Shown here one piece after another: positions 1 to 11,689 of a stretch of 31,016 nucleotides of DNA; position 1 is the stretch's first letter; every line of letters begins with the position of its first letter. Under the pieces are notes generated by a model that was not told the DNA's origin, searched no databases, and saw only the letters and a list, made by a program, of their open reading frames with translations. Location of the stretch: positions 1-31,016 of the forward strand of contig NW_021832628.1 in NCBI RefSeq assembly GCF_006345805.1, read 5' to 3'. Source of the stretch: Octopus sinensis. Taxonomy: Eukaryota. The position numbers were made by a program, and so were the translations under genes.

Positions 1-776
1 GCTAAAGAATTTCAGATATATTATAATGGAATGAAAATAAGGAAGAAAAAAATTGGGTTTGAGAAAGAAAATTTGGAGAGGACGTTATAAAACAAAAAGA
101 AACTAAAAAATATTAATTCACAAATAATGCATAAAGACAAAGTAATTTTCTGAAAATTCTGAAATGTATTGGGACCTTGTCACATGGTTACAGTATGGTT
201 TTTTTTTTGTATTTTGTATTTTGTATTTATTTCTATGTTTATTTGTTTTTGCATAGTCTTAAAACTCAGTACAGCAATATGACTGAAAGTGAAATAAAAC
301 AAAATAAAATGAAATAAAATAAAGACAAAAAAAAAAAAACAAAAAACAAATAAACTTGATCTATGACTATTATTTATTCTAAGGTGATGGAGTGGTTGCA
401 AAAATGTGTAGAGAGATGGTGAAAATAAGCTTGCGGTATCGGACCAACAAGGGAGCCTTTGCGTGATCGATTGACCTCCTAAAATTTGCAACCAATTATA
501 CTTCAAATCACAGCCTGCCGTCTTTAAAAATGGAGGATATTTATTGTAGAATGTAGTCGTTGATACACTGTGGTTCAAAAGAAGATGAAATGATGAAGAC
601 TATGAAGATGGAAGACATTTATCAAAGCTGTGGTTGGTGATGTGTGTTTCTCTATACGCACGTGTGTCTTTGTGTGTGTGTGTTTGTTTGTGTGTGTGTG
701 TATGTACGGATATATGTGTGTACATACACACATATATACATTGGAATAGGCTTGTGTGTGAATGTATGTATGTATG

Positions 777-815
<39 letters not shown>

Positions 816-819
816 TCGC

Positions 820-1005
820 ATAGCAAGTGATTTGATCTGAGATCGTGTGCTGGAACGAAAACAATTGCAGCGTCGAAGGTGTTTGTAAGCCATTTAAGAA
901 ACACACAAAAGCCGTTCGATTCACTTCAACAGTTAAGTTTAATTTGTCAAAATATTTTCGTCGCTAAAATCCGCGACCTGTTCACTGACAAAAATCCGTG
1001 CTGCA
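820..1005 (-). mobile_element. Probable Penelope-like element terminal-repeat remnant carrying a hammerhead-like motif
   Basis: Unique-complexity segment between (TA)n tracts that contains the fold at 943-992. The association of minimal type I hammerheads with Penelope-like elements is established; the class assignment here is inference. Confidence 0.4.
943..992 (-). ncRNA. Candidate minimal type I hammerhead ribozyme, G3-C8 variant core
   Basis: Minus strand reads TTTGTCA-GTGAACA-G-GTCGC-ggatttta-GCGAC-GAA-AATATT-T-TGACAAA: 7 bp helix I, core GUGAACA, 5 bp helix II, GAAA, palindromic helix III AAUAUU. Confidence 0.55.
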
Positions 1006-1027
1006 TCTCTCTCTTTATATATATATA

Positions 1028-1428
1028 GGCGCAGAGTGGCTGTGTGATAACTTGCCTACGAACCATATGGTTCTGGGTTCAGTCCCACTGCGTGGCATCT
1101 TGGGCAAGTGTCTTGTACTATAGACTCGGGTCGACCAAAGCCTTGTGAGTGGATTTGGTAGAGAAGAAACTGAAAGAAGCCCGTCGCATATATGTATATA
1201 TATATGTATGTGTGAGTATATGTTTGAGTGTCTGTGTTTCTCCCTCCCCCAACATTGCTTGACGACCGATGCTGGTGTGTTTACGTCCTCGTAACTTAGC
1301 GGTTCGTCAAAAGAGACCGATAGAATAAGTACTAGGCTTACAAAGAATATGGCCTGGGGGCGATTTGCTCGACTAAAGGTGGTGCTCCAGCATGGTCACA
1401 GTCAAATAACTGAAACAAGTAAAAGAGT
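1028..1428 (+). mobile_element. tRNA-derived SINE, family A (CORE-like central motif, internal microsatellite)
   Basis: tRNA-like head with B-box-like gggttcagtccc, tcttgggcaagtgtctt motif, internal TA/TG repeat, tail ending aaaagagt. Second copy at 25668-26376. Confidence 0.85.
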
Positions 1429-3312
1429 ATATATATATATATATATATGCATACATACATATGTATATATGCGAGCGTATATGTATGCATGTATGCACGA
1501 CATTAATAATTCCGTATCCCGACGAGATCAGATTTACTTCCTTTCCTAGTGGTCGATAGATATAGTATCAAGTCTGTACAGGGACCTACTCTGTTATTTC
1601 TGTCATTCTGCCTGTCTGTGTGTCAGTCTCTTTCTCCGGAAGAACTCGGTTGTGGTTAGACCTAGAGAAGGATTAAACTCTACTGAATTTAAAATATCTA
1701 AAGCGCGCCGTTTGTCCCCATAGTACTCTAGGGGTCCAATACGGAACTGCGTACTCAAGGTAAAGCACACATACACATGTAATGACTCGCTCGAGCTAAA
1801 GTGGGTGCTTTTTACGTGGTGCTATCACCTTCTATACCGCAACATATGCCTAAACATATCTTTAGTTAAAGGTCTACTTGATCAGGGGTGATTCCGTACG
1901 AAAGAACAAGAGCAAAACAACATCCAATCTATCTTACTCGATACTTTTATGACTAAATTAGTCAGGTTCTCATTACTACAATTTGTTTAAGTTCTATGAC
2001 GTTCAACAGGTTGATAGAAAAATCAAAAATTAATTGAATATTAAGAAGTTAATTAGATGTCAAAAAGTCGACTGAGATGAGTAAATTTCAATACAATTAT
2101 ATTGTTTCTAATTATCAACTTCAACTTCAGAGATGAAAACTATTTTGGTAATTGCATCTACAGTACATTTCGATCAACTTGATCCTCGATTCTTAAAATG
2201 AGTCATATTTCTGAATAAGTACACGGAACCCGAGTGGGTTCAAATTCGTTGCATTTATTTATGAAGTAACTGAGTAATTATTCACAAAGTAATTGTCAAT
2301 TGCTCATAACATTGGCTAAAACTAACCTACACAAGTAAATCAGCTTCTACCGTGTAAATAAATTAGCAGAAAGATGAATTATTGAGTAACAGATATTCAG
2401 TCTGTCCCATAACACATGCAAGCAAATCACTCTAAAAGCAAAAAGCAGATATTACACCAAATTGTACAGTTTTTAACTTTTTTTTGTGTGCGTGTTTATC
2501 TGAGAAAATTCAGAGAATCATCAACGCACACAAAATCACAAATGCCTTCAAAATTAATGCTACTCTTCACGCTTCACAGAGTCCTCACTGAGGTGGGGGG
2601 ATTTTCAACCGGGTTTCGTGGTCTGCTACCACAACAGCTCCTTTATAAGATCCATTTAGCTCAAGACATCATCAGAAGGAACCACGTCCGGTTTCGGCCC
2701 CTACTCCTCTACCGTTTTGACGTGGCGCGGCCACACCCTTTCGGAGGTGTTTTCAGCTCTGGTGTTGGGTGCATGTCTCCTTTCTTCTTCTTTCTTCTGT
2801 TCCCTGGCCTCTTCGATGTAGCGTCAACGCGTGTCAGCGGGCGACTGACTGTCTTGTCAAATTTTTCCCTTTTAAAAATACCTGCTGCTAGGCTCCAGCA
2901 GGCAGCCCCAGCAAGTTTTCACGTGACACTGTCTCAACTTTAACTGACCAATGAAGGCGTGTGGTCTTAGTACACGCATTCTCTAAACCTTGTGAATTGC
3001 AAGATGAAAAATACATATGTAACATCCCATGGATTTGTAAAAGGTTTTATGTAAAGACAGAAAACTTCTCGACTTGTAAAGATCAGATTACAGGAGTAGA
3101 GTTAATCACAGAAGAATGTAAGTCAGGAGTGATTGAATATATGATATGAGAAGGGAAGTTTCGTATAATTAGGGAATAAAGTTTGCATATTTTAAGAGAA
3201 ACATATTTTGAGATTAGAAATACCAAAGAAGCAGTGTATGGGATCCGTTTTGTCTAAGGCATGGCAGAGCCTTGCTCCTCATCGAATGGTAGTGTAACAG
3301 ACGTAACATATG

Positions 3313-3619
3313 TTGTTTGTTCCTTCTCGAGTCACGCCTGGCTCATAAGGACCAGTTTCCCGGTTTCCTTGACGTATAGGTTCACCATCTGGACGGGACG
3401 CCGGTCCATCGCAGGTGAGTTGCAAGATGCAGGTGGAAAGAGTGAGAGAAAGTTGTAGCGAAAGAGTCAGCAGAAGTACGCCATTACCTTCTGCCGGAGC
3501 CGCGTGGAGCTTCGATTTTTCGCTCATAAACACACACATCGCCCGGTCTGAGATTCGAACCCGCGATCCCTCGACCGCGAGTCCGCTACTCTAACCACTA
3601 GGCCATGTGCCTCCACACA
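3313..3619 (-). mobile_element. tRNA-Arg-like SINE, body alpha + tail 2 (V-domain-like)
   Basis: Minus strand: A box tggcctagtgg, B box ggttcgaatc, gcgatggaccggcgtcccgtccag motif. 9 bp TSD taacatatg at 3304-3312 and 3620-3628. Confidence 0.85.
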
Positions 3620-3712
3620 TAACATATGAGTTAACATATGGCGTGTTTTCGACATTTTATACTTGGCAAAGCTCAACCTTCTCGAAGTTTGACCAGTACT
3701 GATTTCTCCCAT

Positions 3713-3714
<2 letters not shown>

Positions 3715-3763
<49 letters not shown>

Positions 3764-3806
3764 AAGAGAGTGAGAGAGAGAGAGAGAAGAGAAAAGGTGA
3801 GAGAGA
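3715..3806. repeat. (GA)n microsatellite
   Basis: Direct reading. Confidence 0.95.
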
Positions 3807-3829
3807 AGAATCAGTTCGAGATATTCTAT

Positions 3830-3935
3830 TTCGATGACTCAAATGAGGGAAAGCAAGATTGATCAAGGAGGGTATTTGAACTCAGAATGTCGGAATACTA
3901 CGAAGAATTCTAAGCAACGCTCGAACTAGCTGCTG
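3830..3935 (-). mobile_element. Degenerate SINE family B remnant
   Basis: atttgaactcagaa (reverse B box) with flanks resembling family B. Confidence 0.45.
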
Positions 3936-4009
3936 TATATAGCGCTCGCTGAAGATACGGTAATCCCTTCAGATTTCAGCTCATTACTGTAGCTTCACTT
4001 AATAATAAC

Positions 4010-4043
4010 CGAAATAATAATAATAATAATAATGATGATGATA

Positions 4044-4126
<83 letters not shown>

Positions 4127-4187
4127 GCCCTGATGCAGTACCAGTGGCTCTCATGGCTTCTGATCTTAACTGATTGTAAGTGTTATC
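4010..4187 (-). mobile_element. Short LINE 3' end with (ATT)n tail
   Basis: (TAA)n at 4010-4122 abuts a ~65 bp unique segment (aaatgccctgatgcagtacc...) that I recall as an octopus LINE 3' UTR; unverified. Confidence 0.4.
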
Positions 4188-4529
4188 AAATCTAGTCAGT
4201 TCGTGCCCTAATCCATCCAGCGGTTCTTGAGATATATTATCCACGGTCAAGCAAGCAAATAAACACGACTGAAAACAATACCACTGCCTTCGTTAAGGTG
4301 GAAGTAATTACAAAAATTGATTGTCACAGGGTATTTTCTCTATCTACTAAATCTTCAGAATGCAGCAAAACTATTCCAAGAATATTTCAGGTAATTCTGA
4401 GTATTTATGTCATAATCGAATAGAAAGATATAATTAAAATGTAGAAAGATAGAATGAATATATAAAATTTCTGCTGTAATTTCTAGTCGAGACGCTACCG
4501 TTAATTGACCAAGAGGAATTGAGCGAATG

Positions 4530-4532
4530 CAC

Positions 4533-4619
<87 letters not shown>

Positions 4620-4630
4620 ACACACACACT
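4530..4630. repeat. (CA)n microsatellite
   Basis: Direct reading. Confidence 0.95.
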
Positions 4631-4681
4631 TGTAACTGTGTAAACATTTATAAACAATCAACATAAATAAGAAATAATATC

Positions 4682-4990
4682 GTGTGTTTTGAGAGAGTCA
4701 TTACGCCAATAATAAAAAAAAAATACACGCACGGGTTCAGCTCCACTTCTTTATTGTTACGCAATTGGTTAAATATCTACTCAACTTGCTAATCGATCGT
4801 TTGTTTAATGTGCTGCTGAAGCAATGAATCGGTTGTTTGTTATTCAAAGTTCTTTTGTCGCTGTTCGCAACCTTTTCAGTGACTTAATAACCTCTTATTT
4901 AGCACTAAGGTCTGTCTGGGAATTGTTCTCATGCTTGTGTGCATTCACGCTTGTATGTATGTTTTTGTATGTGTTTAGATGTATCCGTGC
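4682..4990 (+). repeat. Left arm of long diverged inverted repeat
   Basis: 4751-4886 aligns without gaps to the reverse complement of 8824-8959 (about 107/136 identities by hand count); homology continues on both sides. Confidence 0.85.
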
Positions 4991-5279
4991 ATACATACAC
5001 ACACACACAATACCACACAAACACATACACACACACATACCATGTATACACACACACAACACCACACAAACACATACACACCACACATACACACACACAC
5101 ACCACATATACACACATACCATATATATATATACACACACAAATACATACACCACACCAGACATACACACGTACAGACATACGCAAGCACATGCGCGCAT
5201 AAATATACACATACGTGCACAACCGCAAACGAACACGAGCACACTCATACACATACGTACACATACGTACACACACACA

Positions 5280-7225
5280 CATACGTACACAAGAATACAC
5301 ACACACATACGTACACAAGAATACACACACACACATACGTACACAAGAATACACACACACACATACGTACACAAGAATACACACACACACACATACGTAC
5401 ACAAGAATACACACACATACGTACACAAGAATACACACACACATATACGTACACAAGAATACACACACACATACGCACACAAGAATACACACACACACCA
5501 TACGTACACAAGAATACACACACACACATACGTACACAAGAATACACACACACATATACGTACACAAGAATACACACACACATACGTACACAAGAATACA
5601 CACACACATATACGTACACAAGAATACACACACACATACGCACACAAGAATACACACACACACATACGTACACAAGAATACACACACAACCCACATACGT
5701 ACACAAGAATAACACCCACACACATACGTACACAAGAATACACACACATACGTACACAAGAATACACACACACATACGTACACAAGAATACACACACACA
5801 TACGTACACAAGATACACACACACATACGTACACAAGAATACACACACACACACATACGTACAACTAAGAAGACACACAATACGTACACAAGAATCACAC
5901 ACACACATATACGTACACAAGAATACACACACACATACGCACACAAGAATACACACACACATATACGTACACAAGAATACACACACACATACGCACACAA
6001 GAATACACACACAACACATACGTACACAAAGACACACCACACACACATACTACACAAGAAACACACACACATACGTACACAAGAATACACACACACACAC
6101 ATACGTACACAAGAATACACACACATACGTACACAAGAATACACACACATATACGTACACAAGAATACACACACACATACGCACACAAGAATACACACAC
6201 ACACATACGTACACAAGAATACACACACACACATACGTACACAAAGAATACACACACACATATACGTACACAAGAATACCACACACATACGCACACAAGA
6301 ATACACACACACACACATACGTACACAAGAATACACACACACATACGCACACAAGAATACACACACACACATACGTACACAAGAATACACACACACACAC
6401 ATACGTACACAAGAACACACACACACACATACGTACACAAGAATACACCACATACGTACAAGAATACACACACACATACGTACACAAGAATACACACACA
6501 CATACGTACACAAGAACACACACACTACGTACACAAGAATACACACCACATACGTACACAAGAATACACACACACATACGTACACAAGAATACACACCAC
6601 ACATACGTACACATAATACACACACCACACACATACGTACACAAGAATACACACACACACATACGTACACAGAATACACACACATACGTACACAAGAAAC
6701 ACACACACATATACTACACAAGAATACACACACACACACATACGTACACAAGAATACACACACACACTACGTACACAAGAATACACACACATACGTACAC
6801 AAGAATTACACACACAATACGTACACAAGAATACACACACACCACATACGCACACACAGAAACACACACACACACAAACGTACACAAGAATACACACACA
6901 TACGTACACAAGAATACCACACACACATACGCACACAGAATACACACACACATATACGTACACAAGAATACACACCACACATACGTACACAAGAATACAC
7001 ACACACCATACGCACACAAGAATACACACACACATATAAGTACACACGAATACACAACACACATACGCACACAAGAATACAACACACAACATACGTACAC
7101 AAGAATACACACACACATATACGTACACAAGAATACACACACACACATACGCACACAAGAATACACACACACACATACGTACACAAGAATACACACACAC
7201 ACATACGTACACAAGAATACACACA
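5280..7225. repeat. Minisatellite, unit catacgtacacaagaata(ca)n, ~22-32 bp, roughly 70-80 copies
   Basis: Direct reading; recurring variants catacgcac and catatacgtac. Confidence 0.95.
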
Positions 7226-7844
7226 CACACACATACATACACACACACCACTGCACGGAATGCTAGCATATTCAAAAACCGCCAGATACGCACTCACAAA
7301 TGTTGGAAAACACTTACATAAGAAAGCATTCACACGCACGCACACATACACACACACACCACACACGCACACACGCACACACATATACACACACGCATTC
7401 AAACACACTCACACGTGCAAACACACTGACTCGAACGTGCCCACCAGACCACAAAATATCTCTCTCACGCACACGCGCAAAAACACCATCTCACACACAT
7501 AAAGATACTCTCGCACATGTACACACAGATGCTCTCTCACACACACACCTACCCTGTTCTCCCCCCTCGCTCCACCTCACATAAAGAATGGACAACTTAA
7601 ACCCATAAAACCTTCAGCAGACGTGAAACTGACCAAGAACAAAAATGGCAAAAGATGGAACGCTTAAAGAGGACACGGGTGGCCAATGGACACACGCTCT
7701 CAAACAGACACATACAAGTGATTACACGGATGCACACGCACAACCACACACTCACACACACACACGCACACACTCACATGCACGCGCACATACAAGCACA
7801 CACCCACACACGCACAAAGCCTTCTCTTACCCCCGCCTTTACCT

Positions 7845-8638
7845 ATTTCTTTACTACCCACAACGGACTAAACACAGAGGGGACAAACAAGGACAGATAA
7901 ACGGATTAAGTCGATTACAGCGACCCCAGTGCGTAACTGGTTCTTAATTTATCGACCCCGAAAGGATGAAAGGCAAAGTCGACCTCGGCGGAATTTGAAC
8001 TCAGAACGTAACGGCAGGCGAAATACGTATTTCTTTATTACCCACAAGGGGTTAGACATAGAGGGGACAAACAAGGACAGACAAACGGAGTAGGGTCGAT
8101 TACAGCGACCCCAGTGCATAACTGATACTTAATTTATCGACCTCGAAAGGATGAAAGACAAAGTCGACCTCGGCGGAATTTGAACACAGAACATAACAGC
8201 AGGCGAAATACGTATTTCTTTATTATCCACAAGGGGCTAAATACAGAGGGGACAAACAAGGACAGACATAGGTATTAAGTCGATTACAGCGACCCCAGTG
8301 CGTAACTGGTACTTAATTTATCGACCCCGAAAGGATGAAAGGCAAAGTCGACCCCGGCGAAATTTGAACTCAGAACATAACGGCAGACGAAATACGTATT
8401 TCTTTATTACCCACAAGGGGCTAAACATAGAGGGGACAAACAAGGACAGACAAACGGAGTAGGGTCGATTACATCGACCCCAGTGCGTAACTGGTACTTA
8501 ATTTATCGATCCCGAAAAGATGAAAGGCAAAGTCGACCTCGGCGGAATTTGAACTCAGAACGTAACGGCAGGCGAAATACGGCTATGCATTTCGCCCGGC
8601 GTGCTAACGTTTCTGCCAGCTCGCCGCCTTCGTTTATT
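7845..8638 (-). mobile_element. SINE family B tetramer (one head + 4 x ~184 bp units)
   Basis: Units start at about 7844, 8028, 8213 and 8397; head at 8582-8630. 13 bp TSD cccgcctttacct at 7832-7844 and 8639-8651. Confidence 0.9.
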
Positions 8639-8654
8639 CCCGCCTTTACCTTCT

Positions 8655-8699
8655 CTTCTAAGCAAACGCACATCTACACCCAAATATACGAGCATGCAT

Positions 8700-8755
<56 letters not shown>

Positions 8756-9435
8756 CACAAACATACAGAAGATTACTTCTCAGACAGATGCAGAGCAGAC
8801 CTTGGAGCAAGAGGGGAAGCCACTAAGTTACTGAAAAGATCGTAAATAGTGACTAAAGAACTTCGATCAACAAACATCTCATTGATTGTTTAACCAGCAC
8901 GTGAAACAAACGGTTGATTAACCAGTCGGTTAGATATTTAACCAATTGAGCAACAATAATAATGGAGGCGCAATGGCCCAGTGGTTAGGGCAGCGGACTC
9001 GCGGTCGTAGGATCGCGGTTTCGATTCCCAGACAGGGCGTTGTGAGTGTTTATTGAGCAAAAACATCTAAAAGCTCCACGAGGCCCCGGCAGAGGATGGT
9101 GGGGATCCCTGCTGTACTCTTTCACCACAACTTTCTCTCACTCTTACTTCCTGTTTCTGTTCTACCTGTATTTCAAGGGGCCGGCTTTGTCACTCTCTGT
9201 GTCACGCTGAATATCCCCGAGAACTAACTACGTTAAGGGTGCACGTGTCTGTGGAGTGCTCAGCCACTTACACGTTAATTTCACGAGCAGGCTCTTCCGT
9301 TGATTCGGATCAACCGGAACCCTCGCCGTCGTATCCGACGGAGTGCTTCCACATAACAATAATAAAAAAAGTGGAATTGAACCCACGCGTGTGTTATTAT
9401 TATTATTGGGGCATGACTTTTCCAAGAGACAAGAA
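8655..9435 (-). repeat. Right arm of long diverged inverted repeat, interrupted by a SINE and a (CA)n expansion
   Basis: Reverse complement of the left arm. Homology resumes at about 9365-9432 once the SINE and one TSD copy are removed. Confidence 0.8.
8963..9354 (+). mobile_element. tRNA-Arg-like SINE, body alpha + tail 1
   Basis: A box tggcccagtgg, B box ggtttcgattcc, TCG at the anticodon position. TSD aacaataataa at 8952-8962 and 9355-9365. Confidence 0.9.
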
Positions 9436-9879
9436 AATGTGTTTCAACTCTCGAATTCACACAAAAACCTTGAAAACCAAATACAAAAATGAAGTTAATA
9501 ATCTTGTATTATTTTACAAGATTGTGTTGAATATATTCTCAAATATTTTCAAAGCAATTCGTATTTGTACTCTGTCATGACAAGAATATAATTTTGAGCG
9601 GAGGCTCTCCTAACCATTATTGTTGCTCTTGCAGTATGGTCAGGAGACTTATCTTCAATAATGGAATTAATTGATTTTTTCCTCTTAGAAATAAGTGAAA
9701 TAAGAATCTGCAGGAGTTACTTAAATATTTTGCAATCTCTTTTCTTGATGGCGACCAAATGCATTGCACTGTGGAAAAGTTTCCTTATCTTCACCAGGTA
9801 TCAAAGGGTTACATGCCTGTACTCTTCATGTACGCTTCATGTGAGTGAGATGGTGAGACTGAATTAACCGCCACCGGTT

Positions 9880-10110
9880 GAAGGGATTTCTCTACGGTCT
9901 TTTGTCAGCCACAACCACCTGGAACTGGTATCAGCTTCCAAGGTGGTTTGCTTCAGTTGCTTGAGTTCCAAACCAATCTTATGCAGGAAACAGCACACCG
10001 ATATAGGTGGAAAACTGCGGCGATAAGGTTGCGAGTCAACCTTTGACTAGAGTCGAATCAACCCAGTTTTGATATTTTCCTTTCTTCATCACAGAAGCAA
10101 TCTCTTTCAA
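9880..10110 (-). mobile_element. Decayed 3' end of HERO-like non-LTR retrotransposon (restriction-like endonuclease C-terminus)
   Basis: Manual translation KGKYQNWVDS..KG* then CFLHKIGLELKQLKQTTLEADTSSRWLWL resembles the HERO-type K..KY..LV...GW...SRWLWL terminus. Confidence 0.55.
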
Positions 10111-10350
10111 AATTTTAGCAGTGACTGAAAATACGTTCTTCATAAACTCACCAATATGTTGCAGATGAAGATAAACCAATACTGTAATCCTTATTTCTTC
10201 CATGCTTCACATTCGGTGAAACACACCCATGATAGTTTCATAAATTCTGTTAAGACAACATTCCAGAGCATCACTACAAATCTCAAATATCACCAGAGGA
10301 ATTTCTGAAACCAGTCTGAATCAGTTGTTATATACTATAACCAAAACGCA

Positions 10351-10748
10351 AGGCGGCGAGCTGACAGAAACGTTAGCATGCCGAGCGAAATGCTTAGCAG
10401 TATTTCGTCTGCCGCTACGTTCTGAGTTCAAATTCTGCCGAGGTTGACTTTGCCTTTCATCCTTTCGGGGTCGATAAAATAAGTACCAGTTACGCACTGG
10501 GGTCGATATAATCGACTTAATCCGTTTGTCTGTCCTTGTTTGTCCTCTCTGTGTTTAGCTCCTTGTGGGTAGTAAAGAAATAGGTATTTCATCTGCCTTT
10601 ATGTTCTGAGTTCGAATTCCGCCGAGGTCGACTTTGCCTTTCATACTTTCGGGTCAATTAATTTCGAACCAATTGTGAACCGGAGATTGATCTAATCGAC
10701 TACCCCTCCTCCAAAATTCGTGCCTTGGGCCTAGAGTAGAAAAGAATA
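10351..10748 (+). mobile_element. SINE family B dimer; second unit ends in a different tail
   Basis: Head aggcggcgagctgacag; first unit ends gaaatagg; second unit starts tatttcatctgcc at 10585. Confidence 0.85.
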
Positions 10749-11407
10749 TAATCAAGATGAATTCTAAGCTTAATGGTTTTCTTGATCATCGAAATCTTAG
10801 TACACCTTCCAGAGGCTAAGCTAGCATATTTCAGCCACTTTGAAAGATTCTTCTTCAAAGAGACTTGTATTTAGTAGCTGTAATGTTTCGATATATATAT
10901 ATAAATATTGCAGAACTTAGAATCTCAGCTTTCTGTCATCTGTATTCGAAATAGTTCCTGGCCTGGCAGACCTTATCTTCTTTGCAGTATAACTAATTTT
11001 GAGCATGTGTATGCATCTACTCTGTATGGTAGACAAATAAATTGGTATATTTTTTTTGCTTCTTTTCCTGTAGACTGTGGATTTTAGAATGTTGTGTCTG
11101 TTTCAAAAAAAAAAAAACAGAAAAAGAATGACAATTGATTTTTAACATCTTCGTCAATACGGAATTTCTTTTCTTTAAAAGCGTATCTAAACGAAAAAAA
11201 AATAAAAAACAGCTGAATATTACTACTTGCGCACATCTTTTGATCTCAACATTGAAAAAAGAAAAAAAAAAAAAAAGAAAACGGAGAAGTAAAATTCTTG
11301 AACAGTTCAATTTAAGAGAAATCTAATAACATACTTCTTGACATATTAAATAATTACTGCAACGATTTTATAAAGATCAATTTGAATTTTTAGAGCATAA
11401 AAGAAAG

Positions 11408-11582
11408 TACTTTGCAGTATTCATTTCAGATCTTTACATTCTGAGTTCAAATCCCACTGAGGTAAACTTTGACTTCCAGCATTCGAAGATCGATGGAATA
11501 AGTAGTAATCAAGAACTGGTTTCAGTGACATTGACTATTTTCCTTTTCCTTAAAAATGCTCCTTGCGCTTTAATCAGAAACC
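11408..11582 (+). mobile_element. Old degenerate SINE family B copy
   Basis: ttctgagttcaaatcc B box followed by diverged body. Confidence 0.55.
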
Positions 11583-11689
11583 TTTGTAAAGACTAATTTC
11601 ACTCGGTGTGAAGCAAATTTTGCACTCTGAACCATATTTTGGCCGTTTGGTCTACAACAATAGAAGAAGCGTGATTCAAGCGGAGGAAA

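Noticed and set aside
2416-2943. 175 aa ORF
   Set aside because: No recognisable domain or splice support.
5280-7225. CRISPR-like repeat-spacer appearance
   Set aside because: Spacers are only (CA)n, there are no cas genes, and the context is eukaryotic.
4824-7502. 892, 682 and 545 aa and overlapping ORFs
   Set aside because: They are translations of the minisatellite and CA repeats, open on both strands with HT/VC periodicity.
8963-9040. tRNA-Arg-like gene (also other SINE heads)
   Set aside because: It runs directly into a SINE body with a TSD and has no proper acceptor stem.
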